From an uncultured Gemmatimonadales bacterium (lineage in GTDB: Bacteria > Gemmatimonadota > Gemmatimonadetes > Longimicrobiales > Gaopeijiaceae), in assembly GCA_963809895.1 (NCBI GenBank), contig CAWELD010000003.1, forward strand, positions 3,584,001 to 3,648,000: a DNA stretch of 64,000 nucleotides, read 5' to 3'. The stretch's first letter is position 1; each line of letters begins with the position of its first letter. The notes below the pieces were generated by a model. The model searched no databases and was not told where the DNA came from. It worked only from the letters and a program-made list of their open reading frames with translations. Of this stretch, positions 20,657 through 29,748 are shown in pieces. A program made the position numbers and the translations under genes.

Positions 20657-21946
20657 ATGCTTCGGGGCCGCACGCCGACGGGGTTGCTCGCGTTGGGATG
20701 GCTGGCTGCGCTCGCCGCGCTACCGCAGAGCTTCGGGAGGCCCGCGGCCGCGGCGGCCCAGGAGCCGGAGCGCCTGGACCTGCTGAGCTGGGCCGCCGGC
20801 GCCTTCACGGTGCGCCTGGAGGAACCGGCCACTCCCGAAGCGAGCCGGTCCGCGCTCGACGGCGACCCGCGAACCGTCTCCATCGGCATCCCCCGGCGCC
20901 AGCCGCTGCCCCATCGCTTCGTCGTGGAGCTGCCGGCGCCCACCACCTTCGAAGCGTTCGCGGTTCCGGCGATCAACGAGTTCGGCTCCGCTCGCGGCGC
21001 CCACGTGAAGACGGTGGTGATCGAAGGCTCGCCCGAGGGTCCCGATGCCGGCTTCCAGCCCCTGGCCACCCTGGCGCTGGAGATGGGCCGCAACGCCCCG
21101 CAGGAGGTGGCCGTGGCCGACGCCCGCCCGGTGCGCTGGGTGCGCGTACAGCTCGTGGACCGCATGCAGGAGCCGCCCAACGACGTGTCGCCCTACATGT
21201 TCTCGGAGCTCATGGGCTACGGGACGCAGGAGCCAGTGGCCTCGGGCGGGGACCGATACACCGGGCGTTGGCGGATCAGGCGCACGGGCATCCGTGACGA
21301 GCCCGGAAACAACGTCATCGAGCTGACCCAGGACGGCACCGCCATCCGGGGATGCCAGATCCTGGGGGGGCTGCGGACCACCGTCACCGGTGAGGTGGAG
21401 GGAGGGTTGGCGCGGCTCCTCATGGATCCCGCCGGTGCCAATGGCGGCACGCCGGTCCTGGCCAGCGTGAGTGAAGAAGGCGAGCTCGTGGGAGCCGTGT
21501 TCCGCGGTGGCTTCAGGGGATTGTGGGCCGCCCCCGATCCCGAGGCTCCCTCTCCCTGCCCCGAAGACGTCACGCCGCCGGATCCCATCGTGGAGGCGTT
21601 GCAGGCCGGGGTTCCCGCCATCATTCACGGCATCCACTTCGACCTGGACTCGGACCGGCTCCGACCCGACGCCGTGCCTGCATTGGAGCGCGTGCTGGCG
21701 GCGCTGCAGGCCACCGGCGACCAGGCAGTGGTCATCGAGGGACACACCGACTCCACCGGCGCCGAGGACCACAATCTCGACCTCTCGCAGCGGCGGGCAC
21801 AGACGGTGGTGGCGTGGCTCGTGGAGCGGGGCGTCGACGCCGCGCGCTTGACGCCAGTGGGCAAGGGCGAGACCGAGCCCATCGCCGACAACGAGTCGTC
21901 GGCCGGTCGCGCGCTGAACCGCCGGGTGGAGGTGCAGCCGGGCTGA
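20657..21946 (+). CDS. OmpA family protein with N-terminal discoidin-like domain
   Basis: Signal peptide; C-terminal IHFD..IEGHTD..NLDLSQRRA..NRRVE peptidoglycan-binding domain; N-terminal ALDGD...ELMGYG beta-sandwich. Confidence 0.87.
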   Translation: MLRGRTPTGLLALGWLAALAALPQSFGRPAAAAAQEPERLDLLSWAAGAFTVRLEEPATPEASRSALDGDPRTVSIGIPRRQPLPHRFVVELPAPTTFEAFAVPAINEFGSARGAHVKTVVIEGSPEGPDAGFQPLATLALEMGRNAPQEVAVADARPVRWVRVQLVDRMQEPPNDVSPYMFSELMGYGTQEPVASGGDRYTGRWRIRRTGIRDEPGNNVIELTQDGTAIRGCQILGGLRTTVTGEVEGGLARLLMDPAGANGGTPVLASVSEEGELVGAVFRGGFRGLWAAPDPEAPSPCPEDVTPPDPIVEALQAGVPAIIHGIHFDLDSDRLRPDAVPALERVLAALQATGDQAVVIEGHTDSTGAEDHNLDLSQRRAQTVVAWLVERGVDAARLTPVGKGETEPIADNESSAGRALNRRVEVQPG

Positions 21947-21994
21947 GCGGCGGCCGTCGCGGGCGGTCCTCTCCCCAGCGGGCCGGCCGGGCCA

Positions 21995-22150
21995 GCGGCG
22001 GGGTACGCCAGCGGGCGGCGTGCGCGAGGGGGCGGGGTGGCGCCAGCGGGTGGGGTGCGCCAGCGGACGGGGGTGCGCCAGCGGGCTGGGTGCAACAGCA
22101 GGCGGGGTGCAGCGGCAGGCGGGGTGCAGCAGCGGCTGGGTGCACCGGGC
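21995..22150. repeat. G-rich imperfect ~20-bp tandem repeat
   Basis: Recurring GGGTGCGCCAGCGG / GGGTGCAGCAGCGG units. Confidence 0.7.
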
Positions 22151-22197
22151 GGCGGAACCCCCTGCAGCCGCCCGACCCCCCGGCGGCCAGGGGGGAT

Positions 22198-22373
22198 TGC
22201 CGACAACCCTGCAAGCGACGGGCTTTGCGGGGCCGACGCGAGATTGTGGGCGATAATTCGGGTCAATCCAGCGAGTACGGGAAGCGGTCTGAGCGCTCGT
22301 GCGCTTGACGGCGATAATCGCCGCCAATTGCGCACCAAGCCCGGAATCCCGCTCCGTTGCAGGGTTGTCGGCA
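22198..22373. repeat. 176-bp IR-bounded dispersed element, copy A
   Basis: Perfect 17-bp IR TGCCGACAACCCTGCAA / TTGCAGGGTTGTCGGCA; internal CGATAAT at 22251 and 22312. Confidence 0.85.
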
Positions 22374-22487
22374 CGCCCGGGTGCCCGGAGGGGTCCAGCT
22401 CGCCCTGCCCAACGGCCCCCCGCCCACTACGTCTCATGCCGGCGGCCCGCCGCAACGCGTGCAATCCACCTCCAACCCCTTCCCCTC

Positions 22488-22546
22488 TTGACCGATCTAT
22501 ATGCACAACGCATATATGTGAGGAGCGTATGTGCGCCGCGCATATA
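22488..22546 (+). promoter_or_regulatory. Promoter with two operators upstream of PadR #2
   Basis: TTGACC at 22488; TATATGC-N5-GCATATA (22498-22516) and TATGTGC-N5-GCATATA (22528-22546), 30 bp apart. Confidence 0.72.
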
Positions 22547-22665
22547 CTGAAGGCGGTGACGGTCCCTGCGCCGCGGCGATCCGCGATCGCCCGCGCAGCC
22601 GCCGCGGCCGGATGCGTTTCGAGCGGTGGATCGCCGCCGCCGTGCCGATACCGGAGGAGAGTGCC

Positions 22666-23025
22666 GTGTCCGACATCGATACCTTCCTGCCCCTGCGGCC
22701 GGTGGAGTTCCACGTGTTGTTGAGCCTGAACGAGGGCGCGCGACACGGCTACGGCATCATGCAGGACGCCCAGGCCCGCACGGGCGAGGCGGTCATTCCC
22801 GACGTGGGCACGCTCTACCGGGCCCTGCACCGCATGGTCGAGGGCGAGCTCATCGCGCCGTCCGAGGCACCCGACGGCGGCAGCGGTGAGGCCCGGCGGA
22901 GCTACTACCGCATCACGCCCTTGGGCCGGCAGGTGGCGGCGGCCGAAGCCAGGCGCCTGGACGCGCTGCTGCGCACCGCCCGCGCCGGGGGGCTGCTCGA
23001 GCCGGACACGGGCTCGGGGGTCTGA
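22666..23025 (+). CDS. PadR family transcriptional regulator #2
   Basis: LPLRPVEFHVLLSL..RHGYGIM..GTLYRALHRM..RRSYYRITPLG; RBS GGAGGAG. Confidence 0.92.
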   Translation: MSDIDTFLPLRPVEFHVLLSLNEGARHGYGIMQDAQARTGEAVIPDVGTLYRALHRMVEGELIAPSEAPDGGSGEARRSYYRITPLGRQVAAAEARRLDALLRTARAGGLLEPDTGSGV

Positions 23026-23042
23026 GCGGCCATGAGACGGCC

Positions 23043-25745
23043 ATGAGTCCTCACGAGCCCCGGGCCCTGCGCCTGGCGCGCGTCGCCTATCGGGTGCTGG
23101 CACGGCTGTACCCCCGCGAGCTCCGGGGGCGCTACGGTGGCGAGATGGCCGAGGCCTTCGCGGCCCAGGCCCGCGACCGCTACCGGAGCGGAGGCGCGCC
23201 GGCGCTGATGTGGTTGGTGCTGATAACGGTATGGGGCGCACTGCGCATGCGGGGACCGGGCGGCGGAGGGTCCGCGCCCGGGAGCGGAGGCAGGACCCGG
23301 ACGGGAGGTGGAGCGGTGGAGTGGACGAGGGAGCTGGCTCAAGCGGTGCGGCGGCTGCGTCGGCGCCCGGGGTTCACGGTGGTGACGGTGCTGACCCTGG
23401 CGCTGGGCGTGGGGGCGTTCGCATCCATCTCGGGGAGCGTCGCGGGGATTCTGGTGCGCCCCATGCCCTATCCCGAGTCCGGTGACCTCTACTGGGTGTG
23501 GCGGGACTACTGGGGCGCCTTTACCCGGGGCTGGCTGGGCGGTCCGGACATCGCCCGTCTGCGCCAGCACGACGAAGCCCTGGAGGGACTGACCGCCTTC
23601 CGCACGGGTCGCGCGAACTTGAGCGGGCCGTCGGGCACCGACCCCGTGGACGTGCGCGTCACGATGGCCTCTCCGGGCTTCCTGGACCTGCTGGGCGTGG
23701 CACCCCGTCTGGGTCCGGGCTTCACGCCGGTGGAGCACGCGCCCGACGCACCGGACGAGGCGGTGCTGGGCGACGCCCTGTGGCGGAGCGCCTTCGACGC
23801 CGACCCGGGGCTCGTGGGCCGGGACATCTATCTCGACGGCTCGGCCTACACGGTGGTGGGCATCCTGCCGGCGGACTTCGACTTCGTGGTGCACTCGAGC
23901 CTCGGGGATCCGCAGGCGGCCGATCTCTACATCCCCCTGTCCACGGACCTGGCCCAGCAGAGCGCCGGCAACGGCTCGTTCGCCGGGCTCATGCGTGTGC
24001 GTCACGGGACCCCGGAGGCCGCGGTGGACGCCGCCCTGGCATCGGTGGCCGAAGGAATGGACCAGGAGTTCTTCAGCAATCGGGGATTCCGGCTCTGGAA
24101 GGTGCCGATGCGCCAGGATCTGGTGGCCGACGCGCGCACGCCGCTGTTGGCGATCCTCGGCTCCGCGGCGCTCCTGCTGCTCCTCCTGGGTGCCAACCTG
24201 GCCACCCTCTTTCTGGCGCGAGCCCGGGGGCGGGCCCACGACGCGGCGGTGCGGGCTGCGCTGGGCGCCGGGCGGGGCGCGCTGCTGCGGACCGCGCTGG
24301 CCGAAGCGGCGGTGGTGGCCGGACTGGGGACGGGTCTGGGGCTGATCCTGGCGGCCTGGGGCTCGAGCCTCCTGGCCGCTGCCGCCACCGACGTCCTGCC
24401 GCGAGCGGCCGAGTTGGGCTTCGACCTGTGGACGGCCGCCGGCGGTGTCGGCGCCGCCCTGCTGCTGGCCTTGCTGGCCATGATGGGCCCGGCGGTCCGC
24501 TACGCGTCTCCCGGCGGATCGGCCGGCGCGCTACGCGAGGGTGGCCCGGCCCGTAACACGGCATCGGGAAACCGGGCTCGTGGCGTCCTGGTGGCCGCGC
24601 AGCTCGCGCTCGCCCTGACCCTGGTAGTGGGTGCGGGGCTCCTGACCCGGAGCCTCGCCAGCCTGCTGCGCGAGGACCCGGGCTTCGACCTGGTGCCGGC
24701 GCTCACCCTGCGGGTCGCCTTCTCGGGCACCGCGTACCCCGACTCCGCCACCACCGTGGGTGCGCAGCAGCGGCTTCTGGAGCGGGTGCGCGCGCTCCCG
24801 GGCGTCGCGGAGGCCGGCATCAGCAACGCCCTGCCGCTGGGCCAGGAGACGGACCAGACCAACGTGGCCTTCCCCCAATCCTCTGTGAGCGTGGCCGACG
24901 ACGTCGATGACGGGCGGCTGGCCGACATCTTCTCCATCACGCCCGGCTACGTGGAGGCGGCGGGGCTGCGGGTGCTGGAGGGGCGGTCGCTGGAGCGCTC
25001 CGATGCCGGCGAGCTGACCGGCGCGCTCATCGACGACGTGCTCGCCCGGCGCTACTTCCCCGACGGGGGAGCCGTGGGGGCGTCGCTCGTGCTGCGCGAC
25101 GACACTCTGGTGGTGGTCGGCGTAGTGGATCAGCCCCGCTTCTACGACGTGTTCCGCGACGACCGTGGCCAGGTCTATCTGCCGCGGGCCTACGCCGTGC
25201 AGAGCGAGGCGCGCCTGGTGGTGCGGAGTGAGGGGAAGGATCCCATGACGCTGCTGCCGGCCTTGCGGCGGGTGGTGGCGGAGATCGATCCCGGGCTGGC
25301 CGTGGCCGAGGTGCGCCCCATGCGCGCGATCGTGCGCGAAGCCCTGGACGGCGAACGCCTCAACCTGTCCCTGGTGGCGGCCTTCGCGCTGACGGCGCTG
25401 GTCCTGGCCGGCCTGGGACTCTACGGCGTGGTGAGCGGCACCGTGCTCGCCCGCCGGCGCGAGATCGGGCTGCGCATGGCCATGGGCGCCGAGGGAGGCC
25501 GGGTCGTGCGCCTCGTGCTCGGCCAGGGCCTCCGCCTCGTGGCTGTCGGGACGGCGCTCGGACTCGTAGCCGCGTGGATGCTCGGCCGCCTGCTGGGGGC
25601 ACTCCTCCATGGCGTCCAGCCCTGGGATCCGGTGACCTACGCGGGTGCAGCGGGTCTGCTTGTGGCGCTGGCGCTGCTGGCCTCATGGCTCCCTGCCCGT
25701 CGGGCCACACGCATCCGGCCCATGGAGGCGCTGCGCGGGGAGTGA
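23043..25745 (+). CDS. Orphan duplicated MacB-like ABC permease (ADOP-type) #2
   Basis: N-terminal prefix YRVLARLYPRELRGRYGGEM; TLALGVGA, RRREIGLRMAMGA, PARRATRIRPMEALRGE. Confidence 0.93.
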   Translation: MSPHEPRALRLARVAYRVLARLYPRELRGRYGGEMAEAFAAQARDRYRSGGAPALMWLVLITVWGALRMRGPGGGGSAPGSGGRTRTGGGAVEWTRELAQAVRRLRRRPGFTVVTVLTLALGVGAFASISGSVAGILVRPMPYPESGDLYWVWRDYWGAFTRGWLGGPDIARLRQHDEALEGLTAFRTGRANLSGPSGTDPVDVRVTMASPGFLDLLGVAPRLGPGFTPVEHAPDAPDEAVLGDALWRSAFDADPGLVGRDIYLDGSAYTVVGILPADFDFVVHSSLGDPQAADLYIPLSTDLAQQSAGNGSFAGLMRVRHGTPEAAVDAALASVAEGMDQEFFSNRGFRLWKVPMRQDLVADARTPLLAILGSAALLLLLLGANLATLFLARARGRAHDAAVRAALGAGRGALLRTALAEAAVVAGLGTGLGLILAAWGSSLLAAAATDVLPRAAELGFDLWTAAGGVGAALLLALLAMMGPAVRYASPGGSAGALREGGPARNTASGNRARGVLVAAQLALALTLVVGAGLLTRSLASLLREDPGFDLVPALTLRVAFSGTAYPDSATTVGAQQRLLERVRALPGVAEAGISNALPLGQETDQTNVAFPQSSVSVADDVDDGRLADIFSITPGYVEAAGLRVLEGRSLERSDAGELTGALIDDVLARRYFPDGGAVGASLVLRDDTLVVVGVVDQPRFYDVFRDDRGQVYLPRAYAVQSEARLVVRSEGKDPMTLLPALRRVVAEIDPGLAVAEVRPMRAIVREALDGERLNLSLVAAFALTALVLAGLGLYGVVSGTVLARRREIGLRMAMGAEGGRVVRLVLGQGLRLVAVGTALGLVAAWMLGRLLGALLHGVQPWDPVTYAGAAGLLVALALLASWLPARRATRIRPMEALRGE

Positions 25746-25806
25746 CGGCGGAAAGCCCGCGACCTCCCGCCCGTAATCCGACGCCCTGGAACTCGCGCGC
25801 CCATGC

Positions 25807-25839
25807 TTGCTCATCGATCATAACCGGCTTATGATCGAT
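25807..25839 (+). promoter_or_regulatory. Sigma70-like promoter covered by an 11-bp inverted repeat; probably leaderless transcript
   Basis: TTGCTC-17 bp-TATGAT; IR ATCGATCATAA-CCGGC-TTATGATCGAT (25813-25839); ATG 5 nt after the -10 box. Confidence 0.72.
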
Positions 25840-25840
25840 C

Positions 25841-26104
25841 ATGTCGGACATCAAGGAATACCTCGCCAGGATCGGCGCGAAGGGCGGGCGGAGGAGTCGG
25901 CGCACCCTGGACCCGGATACCGCTCGCGAGATGGTGCGTATCCGGGAAGCTCGGCGCGCCTTTCGGCGCTTTCACGCGCTGTGCTTCTGGTCCTACCGAC
26001 CCGACCTGGAGATCGGCAGGGACGACATAGCCTGGGTCGCCGAGCAACTCATGAAGCACGGGAACCGGGAGGCCTGGCAGGTCGGGGTGAAGCTGTGCCG
26101 CTGA
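25841..26104 (+). CDS. Small basic protein, putative antitoxin/regulator partner of the nucleotidyltransferase
   Basis: 87 aa, YLARIGAKGG N-terminus and CFWSY motif; overlaps the downstream gene. Confidence 0.7.
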   Translation: MSDIKEYLARIGAKGGRRSRRTLDPDTAREMVRIREARRAFRRFHALCFWSYRPDLEIGRDDIAWVAEQLMKHGNREAWQVGVKLCR

Positions 26105-26952
26105 CCGGGTTCCAGCGCCGGTTGCTGGGAGATCTCGCCCACACGCGCTCTGGCGACCGCTATCTGGCGGGTGGCGCGGCCATGCATTTCGCGCCCGATT
26201 CGGCCCGATACAGCGACGATCTCGACTTCTTCCACGACTCCGAGGCGAGGGTCGCATCGACCTTCGCCGCTGATCGGACGCTGCTCGAGGAAGCGGGATA
26301 CGCCGTGGATGTCGAGTTGAGCCTGCCCGGATTCGTGCGGGCGGTCGTGCGGCGAGACGAGGAGGCGACGAGAATCGACTGGGCTCACGATTCGGCGTGG
26401 CGTTTCATGCCCCTGGTGCGGGACCCGCTGGGCGGGCTCCTCCTGGACCCTGTTGATCTCGCCGTCAACAAGGTCCTGGCGCTGGCCGGACGAGACGAGC
26501 CGCGCGATTTCGTCGACGTACTCTTCGTGCACGAGCGGGTCCTGGCGCTGGCTGCTCTGGTGTGGGCGGCCGTCGGGAAGGATCCCGGGCTCACTCCCCT
26601 CTCGCTCCTGGAGCTGCTCCGCCGACGTGGTCGCTACCGACCGGAGGACTTCGAGCGCCTGGCGCTGGTGGAGACCTTCGATCTGGAGCAGGCCAAGGCC
26701 ACATGGCTGGGCGCGCTCGACGCCGCCGACGCTTTCGTACGCCGCCGCCCGCCGGACGAATACGGGTGCCTGTACTACTCCACCCGGGAGAAACGCTTCG
26801 TCGTGCCACGGTCGGATGCCTCGCTGTCCGAGCAGCACATCGTTCCGCACTTCGGTCGACCCGGCGGCGTGGTGCCGCGCGTGGCGGGCGCCCGGCTCGA
26901 CGAGACGGACCCTCCGGGCCCGGCCGCATCCGGAGAGGCTGCCGAAACCTGA
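26095..26952 (+). CDS. AbiEii/AbiGii-family nucleotidyltransferase
   Basis: YLAGGAA..RYSDDLDFF catalytic motif; KVLALAGRDEPRDFVD motif; GTG start at 26095. Confidence 0.8.
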   Translation: MPLTGFQRRLLGDLAHTRSGDRYLAGGAAMHFAPDSARYSDDLDFFHDSEARVASTFAADRTLLEEAGYAVDVELSLPGFVRAVVRRDEEATRIDWAHDSAWRFMPLVRDPLGGLLLDPVDLAVNKVLALAGRDEPRDFVDVLFVHERVLALAALVWAAVGKDPGLTPLSLLELLRRRGRYRPEDFERLALVETFDLEQAKATWLGALDAADAFVRRRPPDEYGCLYYSTREKRFVVPRSDASLSEQHIVPHFGRPGGVVPRVAGARLDETDPPGPAASGEAAET

Positions 26953-26977
26953 CTCCGGTGCCCACAGCCGACACACC

Positions 26978-27012
26978 GAGGGGGCGCCCGACCGCCGGCC
27001 GGACGCCCCCTC
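26978..27012. terminator. Hairpin between convergent genes
   Basis: GAGGGGGCG...CGCCCCCTC stem. Confidence 0.5.
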
Positions 27013-27051
27013 ACTGCATGGCCTGCAGCGCGCAGACCGCGGGCCCGTGCG

Positions 27052-28881
27052 CTACATGGATGCCAGGTCCCGCACCACGCCGGCCAGCAATCCCACCTTG
27101 GCCCGGTCGCTGGAGCCCCGGGCATCGGAGTCCAACTGCCCGGCCAGGGCGTTCAGCGCCTGGCTGCGCCCACCGCCGGACATGCCCTCGGCATCGGCCA
27201 GCGCCTGGCGCGTCTCGCCGATGCGGCCCGACGACAGTCCGCCGGAGCGCTCGAGCTGATCCACGTAGGCCCGGGCCAGCGCGAAGGTGGCCGGCCATTC
27301 GAAGCGGCGCTGCTGCTGGGTGTTGAAGTAGTTGAAGCGAACCGTCTTGGCGGCGTCGATCTCGTTCTGGGTCAGGAACGGGCTCGGCGTGAGCTCGAAG
27401 ACGTCCAGCCCGCGCGCGATCTCGGAGCTGTAGATGTAGCCGTTGTACCAGTACGCCGACCACGAGCCCGCCAGCACCAGCTTGGTGGAGTCCATGGGAC
27501 CCCGGTCGAAGTAGGCGATCTCCACGGGGTTGGTGGGATCGGTCCAGTCGAAGACGTCGATGCCGCCCTGATACCAACCCTGCACCATGACCTCACGGCC
27601 GGGGATCGGAATGAGCGACCCGTTGTGCGCCACGCAGTTCTCGTATGGCGTCTGCGCCGCCGGCATCTTGAAGTAGCTCTTGAAGTCCAGGTTCTCACCG
27701 TTGCGCACGAAGACGGCGTCGGCGCCCCACTCGAGCTTGTCGGTGGGCCGGCAGCGGGGCTGGCTACCCCCGCCCCACTCGTCGGTGAAGAGCACCTTGC
27801 TGCCGTCGTTGCTGAAGGTCGCCGAGTGCCAGAAGGAGAAGTTGGAGTCGGCGGCCGCGTACATGCGCCGGGGATTGGCCACGTCGCTGATGTCCAGCAG
27901 CAGCCCGTAGCCCCCACACGCGCCCCCGGCGAGCCCCACGTCGGGATACACCGTGATGTCGTGGCACTGGGTGGGTCCGGTGCGCTGCCTGGGCGGACCG
28001 CGGCGCGGGCGCTGATCGGCGGGCGCCTCGGCGTGGCGCGCCGGCGCGTCCAGCCCCTGGAAGATCCGGGGCGAGCTCACGATGTGCGCCGCCTGGGGAT
28101 CGGCCAGCGGCACCTGGATCACCTCGATGCGGAAGAGCGCCGAGTTGGGGTCTTCGTCGGGAGCGAGCCCGGAACAGCCCGGCAGCTCGTTGGGCGAGCG
28201 CACGCCGGCCGAGCCCGACACGTAGATGTAGACGTTGTTCGGGTCGGCGGGATCGGTGACCACCGTGTGGGTGTGCGATCCGCGGCAGGTCTGGACGTTG
28301 GCGATGTACTTCGGCGCCGTGACGTCGGAGATGTCGAAGATGCGAATCCCCCGGAGCCGATCGGTGCTCACCGTGTCCGGGACACCTTCGGTGCCGCAGT
28401 CCACGCGCCCGCCGAGCCCCTCGCCGGAGATGAAGAGCAGGTTCTCGTAGACCGACACGTCGCTCTGCGAAGCCGGGCACAGATAGGCCTTCTTGAGCGT
28501 GGGCGCGCTGGGATTGCGGACGTCCCAGACCTGGAAGCCGTTGTAGCTCCCCTGGATCACGTCGCTGCCGACGAAGGCCAGGTCCGAGTTGGTGATGCCC
28601 ACGAACCCCTCGGGGGGCGCGGTGGTGGAGACCAGGCGCATGTTCCAGGACGCCTGCTCGGCATCCATCCAGCCGGCGCCCAATCCGACGCGGGGATCGG
28701 GATCGGGCGCGGCCATGGAGGCGCGGCCCACGGGCTCGGGCGCCGGTCCCTGCATCGTCATGGCCGACGAGGACGAGGACCCCGACGCGCACGCGGCGGC
28801 GTTGACCACCACGGCGGCGGCCGCGGCCAGCAGCGCCCGCCGGCGCAGGTGTACGGGTGGGGAGGACGAGGGGGTGCTCAT
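27052..28881 (-). CDS. LVIVD repeat-containing secreted protein
   Basis: NSDLAF, QSDVSVY, GIRIFDISD, CRGSHTHT, CHDITV, CVAHNG, WYQGG; adjacent to DUF305 gene. Confidence 0.88.
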   Translation of the reverse strand: MSTPSSSPPVHLRRRALLAAAAAVVVNAAACASGSSSSSAMTMQGPAPEPVGRASMAAPDPDPRVGLGAGWMDAEQASWNMRLVSTTAPPEGFVGITNSDLAFVGSDVIQGSYNGFQVWDVRNPSAPTLKKAYLCPASQSDVSVYENLLFISGEGLGGRVDCGTEGVPDTVSTDRLRGIRIFDISDVTAPKYIANVQTCRGSHTHTVVTDPADPNNVYIYVSGSAGVRSPNELPGCSGLAPDEDPNSALFRIEVIQVPLADPQAAHIVSSPRIFQGLDAPARHAEAPADQRPRRGPPRQRTGPTQCHDITVYPDVGLAGGACGGYGLLLDISDVANPRRMYAAADSNFSFWHSATFSNDGSKVLFTDEWGGGSQPRCRPTDKLEWGADAVFVRNGENLDFKSYFKMPAAQTPYENCVAHNGSLIPIPGREVMVQGWYQGGIDVFDWTDPTNPVEIAYFDRGPMDSTKLVLAGSWSAYWYNGYIYSSEIARGLDVFELTPSPFLTQNEIDAAKTVRFNYFNTQQQRRFEWPATFALARAYVDQLERSGGLSSGRIGETRQALADAEGMSGGGRSQALNALAGQLDSDARGSSDRAKVGLLAGVVRDLASM

Positions 28882-28915
28882 GAGCGGTCCAGGGAGGGGG
28901 TGGAGAGGGTGGAGG

Positions 28916-29623
28916 TCAGGGCGTGCGGCCGTCGGCCGTCAGCGCGTCCAGCATCTTCTGCATCCGCGCGATCTCGATGGTCTGATCCGCGTAGATGTCC
29001 GACGCCAGCTTGTAGACGAAGTCGTCCTGGGCTCCCCCGTACGTGCCGAAGAGCTCGTCCACCATGAGCAGCGCGCCCTGGTGGTGGGGGATCATGTAGG
29101 TGAGGAAGAGGCTGTCGAAGGCCGGGCCCCGGGCCTGGTCCAGCTCCTCCAGGCGCTCCGCGCTCAGCATGCCGGGCATGGTGGCCATGGTGGGATCCAT
29201 GGTGCCACGGCGGGTGTCGGCGCTCTCGGGCGTGCCGGGGGGCACCGGCTGGTCGTGGTCCGCCAGCCAGGTGCGCATGGTGCGGATCTCGTCGCGCTGC
29301 CCCACCACGATGCGCTCGCACAGCGCCTGCACTGCGCGGCTCGCGCCGTGGGACTGCGCCCAGGCGCCGAAGAGCACGGCCTGGGCGTGGTGCGGGATCA
29401 TGCCGGTCATGAAGCGCACGTCGGCGGGATTGACCGGGTTCTGGTTGCGACGGGCCGCGGCCTCGTAGGCGTCCATCCCCCGGCCGTCGGGGCTCGCGAC
29501 CGTCGCGGATGGGTTCGGCGGGGCGGAGGTCTGTCCCGGGCCGCTGGCGCAGGCGGTGGCCCCGAGGGCGAGGAGGGACGCCAACACGGCGGCCCCGAGC
29601 GTCGGGGAGGGCGACGTCTTCAT
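28916..29623 (-). CDS. DUF305 (ferritin-like) lipoprotein
   Basis: Two ADVRFMTGMIPHHAQA / FLTYMIPHHQGA repeats; lipobox ATAC. Confidence 0.9.
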   Translation of the reverse strand: MKTSPSPTLGAAVLASLLALGATACASGPGQTSAPPNPSATVASPDGRGMDAYEAAARRNQNPVNPADVRFMTGMIPHHAQAVLFGAWAQSHGASRAVQALCERIVVGQRDEIRTMRTWLADHDQPVPPGTPESADTRRGTMDPTMATMPGMLSAERLEELDQARGPAFDSLFLTYMIPHHQGALLMVDELFGTYGGAQDDFVYKLASDIYADQTIEIARMQKMLDALTADGRTP

Positions 29624-29748
29624 GCTGTGCTCCGTGGTTCTCGAACGCAGCCGGGAGCAGATCGGCGCCGTCTGTCGGCGCCCGGGCATCTCCCGGCCCG
29701 GATGCGATGCTACACGCTCCGGGCCGGGTTGGAAAGTGCCCGCGGGCG

